DNA of 64,000 nucleotides from Escherichia coli (GTDB lineage Bacteria; Pseudomonadota; Gammaproteobacteria; Enterobacterales; Enterobacteriaceae): NCBI RefSeq assembly GCF_003334405.1, contig NZ_QOWM01000006.1; one strand, 5' to 3'. Shown piece by piece: positions 10,323 to 20,801 of this stretch (position 1 is its first letter; each line of letters starts with the position of its first letter). The notes under the pieces were generated by a model. It saw only the letters and a program-made list of their open reading frames with translations, ran no database searches and was not told where the DNA came from. The position numbers and the translations under genes were made by a program.

Positions 10323-10928
10323 TTAGTTATAGGTTACTGTAAATGTGGCTGGTGCAGAAAACTTACCCGCAGTGACATTGTTTACGGTTTTATTTTTTTC
10401 CACGACCAGGCGTGCACTCATCGGATAATAAACGACCGCATTGGCTGCAGTGGAGATTGTTACCTCTTGTGATGCTGGTGTTACACAGCTAAATTGTGTT
10501 GCACTCCCTGTTGCCGGAGTTACAGTGCTCCAGACTTCAACGGCGACAGCACTTGCTTTATCTGCGGCTGTGGAACCATTTGCAAACCCCGCACCGTCAT
10601 TAGCAGTTCCCTCGCATGTGGCTCGCTTGGTTAATTTTATTTGCGCTTTTTTATTGGGGATACCCGCACAGTCTTTGAATTTGAGTTTGAATGTTTTTAC
10701 TTTGGTCTTGGCATTGATTTCAGAAATATATACATCACCAAAATCAACAACAGAAATGTCCTGATCAGAGTCATTTACTAATGTAGCGGTACAAGTACCC
10801 ATTTCTACAGTAGTAATAACGGTCAGTCCAATACTGTCTGTTGCCGCATAAGAGAGTACGCTGAACAATGAGGCAGCCAAAACGACACTGCTGGATAATC
10901 CATAACGTAAATTTTTAAATGTCATCAT
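10323..10928 (-). CDS. yadL: fimbrial minor subunit
   Basis: 201-aa ORF, signal peptide, pilin-like C-terminus (TFTVTYN). Confidence 0.9.
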   Translation of the reverse strand: MMTFKNLRYGLSSSVVLAASLFSVLSYAATDSIGLTVITTVEMGTCTATLVNDSDQDISVVDFGDVYISEINAKTKVKTFKLKFKDCAGIPNKKAQIKLTKRATCEGTANDGAGFANGSTAADKASAVAVEVWSTVTPATGSATQFSCVTPASQEVTISTAANAVVYYPMSARLVVEKNKTVNNVTAGKFSAPATFTVTYN

Positions 10929-10939
10929 AATTATCCTTC

Positions 10940-11509
10940 TTATTGATAGATGAAATTAAACGTCGCCAGTGCACGAAAATTCCCCGGTACGCCTTGCCCT
11001 GCATCTGTTTCACGTAGCGCAACGGTCATTTCAAGACCCTTATCGGGCTGCATCTCGTCTGTGCTCCAGCGTATCTTTTCCGCACTGTTAGGTTTAAGGA
11101 AAGTGGCATCATCAGTAGTCCGTTTTTTGAAACCCATACCGATATTACTTGTCGTCGAAGATGAATCACCAGACTGCGGTATAATAAGCTTAGGTGAGCT
11201 TGATGATGCATTTCCGGTCAGAGTGGTATCAATCCAACTGATGCCACTGCTGCACCCACTGGCAACCAGTTTAAAATCAGCCTGAGATTCTGTCGTTTTA
11301 TTCGCGATCTTATCCAGACCCATCTTAGGGATTCTCAATGTGTAGTTATTATTGCCATCATTCGTGACGTTATTACCAGTAAGTGTGATGTTACAGGTTG
11401 TCGCTTTGACAGTGGCTGTAAACTCTACATTAATATCCGTTGCAAATACTGAGGGTGATAATAATATTCCCATCAGTATCACTATTTTATGTGGCGTTGT
11501 TTTTATCAT
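10940..11509 (-). CDS. yadM: fimbrial minor subunit
   Basis: Track ORF trimmed to ATG at 11509 (189 aa, MIKTTPHKIV...); pilin-like C-terminus (TFNFIYQ). Confidence 0.85.
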   Translation of the reverse strand: MIKTTPHKIVILMGILLSPSVFATDINVEFTATVKATTCNITLTGNNVTNDGNNNYTLRIPKMGLDKIANKTTESQADFKLVASGCSSGISWIDTTLTGNASSSSPKLIIPQSGDSSSTTSNIGMGFKKRTTDDATFLKPNSAEKIRWSTDEMQPDKGLEMTVALRETDAGQGVPGNFRALATFNFIYQ

Positions 11510-11525
11510 TTGACGTCCCTTGTAG

Positions 11526-14123
11526 TTACTGAATCTGACACCGAATTCCATTCAGAATAATAGATTGTGCTATTTTTTCTGCTTCTGGGCTTTGTTGATA
11601 ATGCGCAAGACAACTTACGGGTTTACTTTGTTCGAGCCATTTAATGCTGATATTTCCCTGCTGCTCAATACCACGAACAAATGCTTGTCCACCCTGTCCA
11701 ACATTACCAATGACATTGCCTTGCTCATCATAAATATCTGCAGCAAATGGAATATTTTTACCATCACTTCGTGTGATGTTCATAATGGCTGATTGCCCTT
11801 GCACGGTTTCAAAATCAGCAAAGACGACTGAACCCTGACGCGGTACAGCTACTGCACTGGTACTTTTTAATTCAACATCGTTCTCAAGATCGTTGATATC
11901 CAGCGCGATACGGTTTTCATGATAAGGAGAAAGAGCGCTGGTGACACCATAACCCCATCGATCGATAGTACTGTTGCCATAATTTATTCGCGCTCCTTGA
12001 GCACCTGGAGCCTGAACTACCGCCAGTGTATCGGAGTCGCTAAAACTATCATTACTGAAAGTCAGTCCACCGCTATGCAATACAAAACCACCGTCGGTGC
12101 TGAGAGAAACTTGACGGCTGTTATCGCTATTTGCAGAAATTGAACCTGCCAGCGTTCCCCATGGTGACTCATAGCTGGCATAACCCCCAACATAACTCAA
12201 ATCTTTGCTGGCTTTATTCATCGTATAGCCAGTATTCACGCTATAACTGACGCGAGCGTTATCGCTATAGCCACTGCTGCTAACGTTGAGTTGGTTATTA
12301 CCCTTAAAGTCACTGCTTATTTGAGTATCAATACTCTGGAAACCTGAAGTACGTTGTTCAGTGCCAAGTAATTTTTCAATTGGAATGGTGAAACTAAGAT
12401 AAACGCTATCGTCAGTGTCGCCGTCTTCATTCCATGAACGCTGGGCACTGACACTGTAGCTGCCCCAGGATGTACTGTTACTGTAGCCAATAGAGTAATT
12501 GCTACGATTTTGTCCGGAAGCCCAGTAATCGGACCAACTTCCGGAAAGATAAAATGAACCGTAATCTTTTTTCTCAAATTTCAACGGTTGGTTAATACTG
12601 ACCGTAACCTGATTTTTCATGCGTGAGTAATTACGCATGGATTTCGGTTCAAGATCTTGTTCGGGATGTTTCACTTCATCAATTAGAGTTAGTGCATCAT
12701 TAAGACCAAGGTAATTCTGTGTCGAATAGCGATAGGCCGCGATATTCAGTGAAGTACTTGTTTCTTCGAATAACTTGTTCCAGGAAACACGATAACTTTG
12801 CCCCTGGTATGTTTTATCATCCGGGATACGAACATTGGAATGAGTCACATCGAAAGAAAATGCACCAACTGAAGTATTCAGACCAAGACCTAACAAACCA
12901 GCGGTATAGTTATTATCGGTTATCTGAATACCGGTATAACCCGTCAGATAGTTATTCAGGCCGTAGTAGTAGCTTGCTTGAAATAAATTAGGCTCATCCT
13001 GAATATCATCTTTTAAGACCTGACCGCCGCTAATATCCCAACGTCCAACGCCAGGGCGTAACATTTGAACAACGGATGAGAAAGGTTGCGAGAATGTCCG
13101 CTTTGAGCCATCGGATTCTTCGATGGTAACAATAAGATCGCTGCCGTACCCTGACGGACTCAGATCATCAATGACGAAAGCGCCTGGCGGCACCGTCGTT
13201 TCATAAATCTTATAGCCACCTTGCGTAATAGTGACTTTGGCGTTGGTATTGGCAACGCCATGAATGATAGGCGCAAAGCTGGCTAAAGTCGGAGGCAACA
13301 TGCGGCTGTCACTGTATAAACGAATGCCTCGGATACTGACGGAATCAAAGGTTTCGCCCGTCGTATAAGACTCACCAAGAATGAGTTGAGAACGCAGCGA
13401 GGCGATATCACGCTGAACATACCGATTCTTAAAATCATAATTACTGCCAGAATCGGTCATCCAGTTGTAGTTGCCCGAGGCACGCAGTCGCCATGCACCT
13501 AAATTCATCCCACCGTTAAATGCAGCATAAATGCTTTCATTTTTTCGACCAGGGGTTTCACTATGATATCCGTTGAGGTTGTATGACAACATGGCCGCAT
13601 TAATGCCGTTTTCCCATAACGATGGATCAACATAGTTTTGGTAATTTTTCATTACCCAGGCTTGAGGAACGTCTATATCCAGACGTTGATCGTTAACGTC
13701 ATAACGAACAGAAGCCTGAGGGATAATTTCCGTCAAATTGAGGCAATTGCCGAGCGTTTCATCCCTGGCAAGCAGAACGGCTTTTTCGTTATTTATATCG
13801 GGAGAATTAATATGAAACTGCAATAAATTCTTTAATGTGATACAAGCCTGGGCGTTCTTTTTTCCTTCAATTGCGACAAATGTAATACTTTGGTTAATGA
13901 TTGGTTGGTCGTTTACATAAACACTGACGTCGTAAACACCCGGTATAGCGGGGTTACCTTCACTGTACCGGCTGAGATCAATATTAGATGCATTCTGCCC
14001 CATCAGGAAGGTATGGTCATATTCAACGAGTTCAGCACTGAAAGCAGTATTGCAATACAGCAGCGCGCAAAACGTGGCGATACGGGTCAGATGATGATAA
14101 TTTTTAGTATATTCTATAGTCAC
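11526..14123 (-). CDS. htrE: outer membrane fimbrial usher
   Basis: 865-aa ORF; PapC/FimD-like usher size and beta-barrel composition. Confidence 0.93.
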   Translation of the reverse strand: MTIEYTKNYHHLTRIATFCALLYCNTAFSAELVEYDHTFLMGQNASNIDLSRYSEGNPAIPGVYDVSVYVNDQPIINQSITFVAIEGKKNAQACITLKNLLQFHINSPDINNEKAVLLARDETLGNCLNLTEIIPQASVRYDVNDQRLDIDVPQAWVMKNYQNYVDPSLWENGINAAMLSYNLNGYHSETPGRKNESIYAAFNGGMNLGAWRLRASGNYNWMTDSGSNYDFKNRYVQRDIASLRSQLILGESYTTGETFDSVSIRGIRLYSDSRMLPPTLASFAPIIHGVANTNAKVTITQGGYKIYETTVPPGAFVIDDLSPSGYGSDLIVTIEESDGSKRTFSQPFSSVVQMLRPGVGRWDISGGQVLKDDIQDEPNLFQASYYYGLNNYLTGYTGIQITDNNYTAGLLGLGLNTSVGAFSFDVTHSNVRIPDDKTYQGQSYRVSWNKLFEETSTSLNIAAYRYSTQNYLGLNDALTLIDEVKHPEQDLEPKSMRNYSRMKNQVTVSINQPLKFEKKDYGSFYLSGSWSDYWASGQNRSNYSIGYSNSTSWGSYSVSAQRSWNEDGDTDDSVYLSFTIPIEKLLGTEQRTSGFQSIDTQISSDFKGNNQLNVSSSGYSDNARVSYSVNTGYTMNKASKDLSYVGGYASYESPWGTLAGSISANSDNSRQVSLSTDGGFVLHSGGLTFSNDSFSDSDTLAVVQAPGAQGARINYGNSTIDRWGYGVTSALSPYHENRIALDINDLENDVELKSTSAVAVPRQGSVVFADFETVQGQSAIMNITRSDGKNIPFAADIYDEQGNVIGNVGQGGQAFVRGIEQQGNISIKWLEQSKPVSCLAHYQQSPEAEKIAQSIILNGIRCQIQ

Positions 14124-14157
14124 GCTATGCTTCCTGCGGAATTATATCCTTGCCTGA

Positions 14158-14898
14158 TTACAGCCTGGCATTACCTTCAATTGCGCCACCAAAGTCATTA
14201 ATGGCGTAAAAATGCACTTTTGCAGAATTCGCTTTGCCATTAAGGCCATTGACTTTCATGACCTCATCACTAAATGGTGCAATCATTTTCACATCAATCG
14301 GATAGCGTTTACCGCTAGCTTCTAAATCACCACTGCTAAAAGAGACGTAGTAAGGGGTTGGATTGGTCACTCGTAATGACGCCTTACCTTCTGAACCTGA
14401 CCAGAACCACTTCAGGGCTAACGGGGCTTCAGAGGGATTTCCCTTCAATCCATCCGGGCGATAGAAAAGTTTTATACGTGTGCGAAATGCCAGTTGCAGC
14501 AGGCTTTGATTCGCGACCTTTTCTGCATCTGGTTTTGGTGGAACTTCCAGTACGTTAAACCAGAACACGCTCTCTCTGTCTTTAGGCAGTGAGGTGCTGG
14601 CTGTGTACATTAATTTGATTGTTTGCCCACGTTTGGCATCAATACGCGATACTGGCGGCGTAGCAGTAAAAGGGACTGTAATACTGCCAGGCTCAGCGTT
14701 GTCATCGCCAGTATCTAACCAACTCTGGACAAGCAACGGGTTATTCCCTTTATTTTCCAGACGTACGTTGACACTTTTTTGATCGCTTTTATATATTACG
14801 CGAGTACCCGAAATGACAATGTCCGCAATAGACGATGAACTAAAAGCCATACAGGTTACGAAGCATAAAGCTGTTGTATGTTTGGTGTTAAAAAACAT
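14158..14898 (-). CDS. yadV: periplasmic fimbrial chaperone (PapD-like)
   Basis: 246-aa ORF, signal peptide; PapD-family chaperone pattern. Confidence 0.93.
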   Translation of the reverse strand: MFFNTKHTTALCFVTCMAFSSSSIADIVISGTRVIYKSDQKSVNVRLENKGNNPLLVQSWLDTGDDNAEPGSITVPFTATPPVSRIDAKRGQTIKLMYTASTSLPKDRESVFWFNVLEVPPKPDAEKVANQSLLQLAFRTRIKLFYRPDGLKGNPSEAPLALKWFWSGSEGKASLRVTNPTPYYVSFSSGDLEASGKRYPIDVKMIAPFSDEVMKVNGLNGKANSAKVHFYAINDFGGAIEGNARL

Positions 14899-14925
14899 AA
14901 ACCATCCCTGATAGAGTTAATTAAA

Positions 14926-14963
14926 ACAGGGAATAATATAAAATAGAAATTATTATTCCCTGT
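14926..14963 (-). terminator. 13-bp perfect-stem hairpin between yadN and yadV (intra-operon attenuator candidate)
   Basis: ACAGGGAATAATA (14926-14938) / TATTATTCCCTGT (14951-14963), 12-nt loop; immediately 3' of yadN stop on the minus strand. Confidence 0.4.
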
Positions 14964-14995
14964 ATATTCATTCAATCAATTTAACTGGTGAATAC

Positions 14996-15580
14996 TTACT
15001 GATAAGTAATGGTGTATGCAGTGTTAGTTTTTACATAACCAGCAGTTGCTGTTTGGTCTGCGACGGCACGAACGTAAGACGCTTTAAAATCATAAACAGC
15101 AGATTTTGTCGTTGCATCCAGGGCTTTAGTATACACATCGCCAGGGTTGTTAATTTGAACCTGTTTGATAGTGGAACCATCAATATTGTGTAGAGCGATA
15201 TTAACGCCGTCAGATGGGTTGTTAATAGACATGTCGTTGTTCAAAGTCCCTTTGCTGTTACCAAAGAAAACAGAACCGAAGGTCATTTTAGCCGTGCTAC
15301 CTGGATTCGGATTTGCTTTGCTGCAGTCAACGGTGATGCTGAAAGGTTTAGCTTTAGCGCCAACGGTGTCATTCAGTACGCCAGCATCGATTTCACCAAC
15401 GGTTGCGGTTTGCAGCAGGATCAGACCATCCTTGTTACCGCCGTCAACGCGGGTTTCACAGGTGTTATCAACAACCAGACCACTGATATTTAACTGACCG
15501 CCGTCCATATCAGCAGAAGCAGTACCTGCAACCATCGCCAGCATAAGACCAGACAGGGCAAAACCTAATTTTTTAGACAT
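14996..15580 (-). CDS. yadN: fimbrial major subunit (pilin)
   Basis: 194-aa ORF; signal peptide; pilin C-terminus (AYTITYQ); first gene of the operon. Confidence 0.92.
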
Positions 15581-15949
15581 AAAAATCCTTTAATAAAATT
15601 CCATTAGTCAGACTACATGTTTGAAGAATGACTATTCATGACACAAATAGGAGAAACAAATGTTAGATATTAATGAGCAATGATATTTGTTACCCAAATT
15701 TACAACCATTGTTCATTAGGTCGCCTATTGTGCACTTTAGAAGCTTTTGAACAAATTAAATTTACTTAATTCAAAATTAAGTAAAAATAAGTTCACAAGT
15801 GCAATTGGTTAGGGTATGGAGATGGGATTGATATTTATTTATAGGAAGTTATATTATTTCCGCAAAGAGATGTTTAAACTAAAATCGTAATTAAGGAAAG
15901 AGATGAGATATGATTTTCAGAAAATATTTATATTCGCAATATAAATAAA
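15581..15949 (-). promoter_or_regulatory. AT-rich control region upstream of yadN fimbrial operon
   Basis: About 370 bp, roughly one-third GC by eye; contains perfect 10-bp inverted repeat TTTACTTAAT-N5-ATTAAGTAAA (15761-15785); no coding ORF. Confidence 0.5.
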
Positions 15950-16429
15950 TTACCATTTGTTTAATTTGTCAAATGCTCTTGTATGTAAGATTTGACGCAA
16001 CATCTCCCCATCAGGAAACACCAACTCCGGCGCGATTTCAAACAGCGGCCACAGCATAAATCCACGATTCTTCATATCGTAGTGCGGAACGGTCAGGCGT
16101 TCAGTATTTATCACTTCATTACCAAACAGCATGATGTCGAGATCCAGCGTGCGTGGTCCCCAGCGTTCAGCTTTGCGGACGCGACCTTGCTGCAATTCAA
16201 TACGCTGTGTGTGATTGAGTAGCTCTTCAGGTGCAAGAGAGGTTTCCAGCGCCACGGCTGCGTTTAAGTAATCGGGTTGATCTTGCGGCCCCAGCGGTGG
16301 GGTGCGGTAAAACGAAGAAACGGTAAGAATGTGGCTTTCAGGGATATCGCCTAATGCTTTCAGGGCAGCATTGACCTGCTCCAGCGGAGAGGCCAGATTG
16401 CTGCCTATGGCAATATACGCCACTGTCAT
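15950..16429 (-). CDS. folK: 2-amino-4-hydroxy-6-hydroxymethyldihydropteridine pyrophosphokinase
   Basis: 159-aa ORF; recognised as HPPK; start overlaps pcnB stop (ATGA on minus strand). Confidence 0.95.
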
Positions 16430-17823
16430 GCGGTACCCTCACGACGTGGTGCGCGTTTGCGTGGACGACGAGTACGACGACGCGGTGACGGTTCTTCATC
16501 CAGCTCGTTGAGCATCCCTTTTTGGTCTGGTGGCGCGGAAACCTGGAACTCACCCCACCATTTCACCAGACGCTGCAGTTCAGCGTTACGCTCAACTTCA
16601 GCTCGCAAGGCCAACAGGTCATAAGCCGCACGGAACTTAGGATGCTCCAGCAGTTTCCATGCGCGTTTACCCTGACGACGGGACATACGCAACTGCAACT
16701 GCCAGATATCGCGGGTTAATGTCGTCAGACGTTTCGGGATTGCCAGTGAACGGCAGGCTTCGTCCAGCACGTCGTTCATCGCCAGCGCGAAAGCGTCGTG
16801 ATAGGTCAGGCCGCTTTCCTGGGCGATCTTCTGTGCCGTCTCCAGCAGTGGGTACCAGAACATGGCGGCAAACAGGAACGCCGGGTTCACGCGCATATCG
16901 TTATGGATACGCGTATCGGTATTCTTCAGCACCTGTTCAATGATCCGCTCCATCGGGCTGTCGCCATTTTCCGTGAAGTAGCGGGTAATGGTCGGGAACA
17001 GCGGCTGGAACAGATGATATTCACACAACAGCTTATAGGTTTCGTAACCGTAGCCCGCTTGTAGCAGTTTAAGCGATTCTTCAAACAGGCGTGCCGGTGG
17101 GATATCGTTCAGCAGGGTAGCGAGGCGAGGGATCGGTTCTGCGGTTTCCGGGCTGATGCGCATACCCAATTTGGCGGCAAAACGTACCGCGCGCAGCATA
17201 CGTACCGGATCTTCACGGTAGCGCGTTTCCGGGTTACCAATCAGACGGATAACGCCGTCCTTCAGATCCTTCATGCCGCCAACGTAATCACGGACGGTAA
17301 AATCCGCTACGCTGTAATACAGGCTGTTGATAGTGAAATCGCGGCGCTGGGCGTCTTCTTCGATGGAGCCGAAAATGTTGTCGCGCAGCAACATGCCGTT
17401 TTGCCCGCGTTGGGAGGTCGTGCGGTCGCTGACGTTACCTTCGTGGTGTCCACGGAAGGTCGCAACTTCGATAATCTCCGGGCCAAACATTACATGAGCC
17501 AGACGGAAACGGCGACCCACCAGGCGGCAGTTACGGAACAGTTTGCGCACCTGCTCAGGCGTGGCGTTAGTGGTTACGTCAAAATCTTTCGGCTTTTTGC
17601 CAAGTAACAGGTCGCGCACGCCGCCGCCAACCAGCCAGGCTTCGTATCCCGCTTTATTGAGCCTGTACATTACCTTCAGGGCATTTTCACTGATATCTTT
17701 GCGGGAAATAGCATGCTGCTCACGCGGGATCACCGTCACCTGTGGACGGGCGACTGCCTGTTCAGCCTCGCTTTCCTCGCGGCTTAGCACCTTGCGGCAA
17801 AAATTAGCGACTCGGGTAAAAAT
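16426..17823 (-). CDS. pcnB: poly(A) polymerase I
   Basis: Track ORF (UUG at 17844) trimmed to the AUU codon at 17821-17823, giving the 465-aa protein [13 protein letters not shown]...; nucleotidyltransferase motif [10 protein letters not shown]. Confidence 0.88.
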
Positions 17824-17882
17824 AGTACACCTCGGTAGTGTCAAACATCATTCAGGACAAAAAAATAGCGGCTAATCATAGC

Positions 17883-18809
17883 TCAGCATGACGCATTTGA
17901 GAATGTTGAATTTACAATTGCCGACTCGGGCACGGCGGTAAGCCGCCAGTTTTTGACGGCTGACTGAAGGATTTGCTCGACGCTGAAATCCTGCCAGTGT
18001 GCTTCTGCCTGCTGCCCCAGAAATTGAAGTGCCGCGATTAGTACCGGGCGTGGATCGCCTTTCGGCAACGCAGGCGCATGATTCTGCTTGGAAAGTTTAG
18101 CGCCTTGTGGATTAAGCGCCAGCGGCAGATGAATGTAATCTGGCACTTTCCAGCCAAAAAGCTGGTACAGCGAGATTTGCCTTACTGTTGGTTCAATCAG
18201 ATCAGCCCCACGCACTATTTCTGTAACGCCCTGGAAATGATCATCAACCACAACAGCCAGGTTGTAGGCGAACAACCCATCACGGCGATGAATGATAAAA
18301 TCTTCCCGTGCCAGTTTTTCGTCGGCGTGAATAATGCCGCGCAGCTGGTCAGTAAATTGCGTGACCGGATGCTGCTGGCGGATACGCACTGCGGCGTTGT
18401 CTGGTCCATGATGCAACACCCGGCAATGACCGTCGTAAATACCGCCAATGCTTTGAATACGCGCACGCGTACAGGTGCAGTAATAACTTAGTCCTTGTTC
18501 ATGTAACCAGGCGAGTGCTTCACGATAGGCGTCGTGACGTTGCGATTGCCAGAGAACATCGCCGTCCCAGTGCAGACCGTAATGTTCCAGCTGGCGCAGG
18601 ATAGTTTCTGCGGCACCGGGAACTTCACGAGGCGGGTCGATATCTTCTATGCGTACCAGCCAGCGACCTTGCCGGGCGCGAGCCTGCAAATAGCTGCCGA
18701 GCGCGGCGATCAGAGAGCCAAAATGAAGCTCGCCGGAAGGAGAGGGGGCGAAGCGGCCAATATACTGTGTGTCTGTCATCTCTTTGAACAAAAAATAAGG
18801 CGGGAGCAT
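17883..18809 (-). CDS. gluQ: glutamyl-Q tRNA(Asp) synthetase
   Basis: 308-aa ORF; class I aaRS-like core; alternative in-frame ATG at 18779 (MTDTQYIG...) would give 298 aa. Confidence 0.85.
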   Translation of the reverse strand: MLPPYFLFKEMTDTQYIGRFAPSPSGELHFGSLIAALGSYLQARARQGRWLVRIEDIDPPREVPGAAETILRQLEHYGLHWDGDVLWQSQRHDAYREALAWLHEQGLSYYCTCTRARIQSIGGIYDGHCRVLHHGPDNAAVRIRQQHPVTQFTDQLRGIIHADEKLAREDFIIHRRDGLFAYNLAVVVDDHFQGVTEIVRGADLIEPTVRQISLYQLFGWKVPDYIHLPLALNPQGAKLSKQNHAPALPKGDPRPVLIAALQFLGQQAEAHWQDFSVEQILQSAVKNWRLTAVPESAIVNSTFSNASC

Positions 18810-18845
18810 TTCCCGCCTGTGGTAAACGTGATGGAACGGCTGTAA

Positions 18846-19301
18846 TTAGCCAGCCATCTGTTTTTCGCGAATTTCAGCCAGCGTTTTGCAGTCGATGCAC
18901 AGATCGGCTGTCGGGCGCGCTTCCAGACGGCGAATACCAATTTCAACACCGCAGGATTCGCAGTAGCCGAAATCTTCGTCTTCCACTTTTTTCAGCGTCT
19001 TCTCGATCTTTTTGATCAGCTTACGCTCGCGATCGCGGTTACGCAGTTCGAGGCTGAACTCTTCTTCCTGGGCTGCACGGTCTACCGGGTCCGGGAAGTT
19101 GGCTGCTTCATCCTGCATATGTGTAACGGTGCGATCGACTTCATCCCTGAGTTGATTACGCCATGCTTCCAGAATACGACGGAAGTGCGCCAGCTGGGCT
19201 TCATTCATATACTCTTCGCCCGGCTTCTCCTGATATGGTTCCACCCCAGCGATGGCGAGAATACTCAGGGACGATGTTTTACGGTTTTGCCCTTCTTGCA
19301 T
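18846..19301 (-). CDS. dksA: RNA polymerase-binding transcription factor DksA
   Basis: Track ORF trimmed to ATG at 19301 (151 aa, [12 protein letters not shown]...); C4 zinc finger [25 protein letters not shown]. Confidence 0.95.
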   Translation of the reverse strand: MQEGQNRKTSSLSILAIAGVEPYQEKPGEEYMNEAQLAHFRRILEAWRNQLRDEVDRTVTHMQDEAANFPDPVDRAAQEEEFSLELRNRDRERKLIKKIEKTLKKVEDEDFGYCESCGVEIGIRRLEARPTADLCIDCKTLAEIREKQMAG

Positions 19302-19478
19302 GTTGCTTCTCCTTAACACGCACTATCGATCCCCATGTTCGGGGGAAAAATGAGGCCGCTATAAATAGCAGATGCTTTTCCGGATAGCAATTATCTAAAC
19401 GTAACACTTGACAACTGTGTGAGGAAAAGCGTATTTGCGCACGCGACCAGAATGTAAATTAACCAGTTACTTACTTTA

Positions 19479-20728
<1,250 letters not shown>

Positions 20729-20801
20729 GTGAGGCACTCGGTTATGAATTACCGCGATGCTACAATGTGGCGCGAAGAATGTTAACCCTCTGGAGCGTTT
20801 T

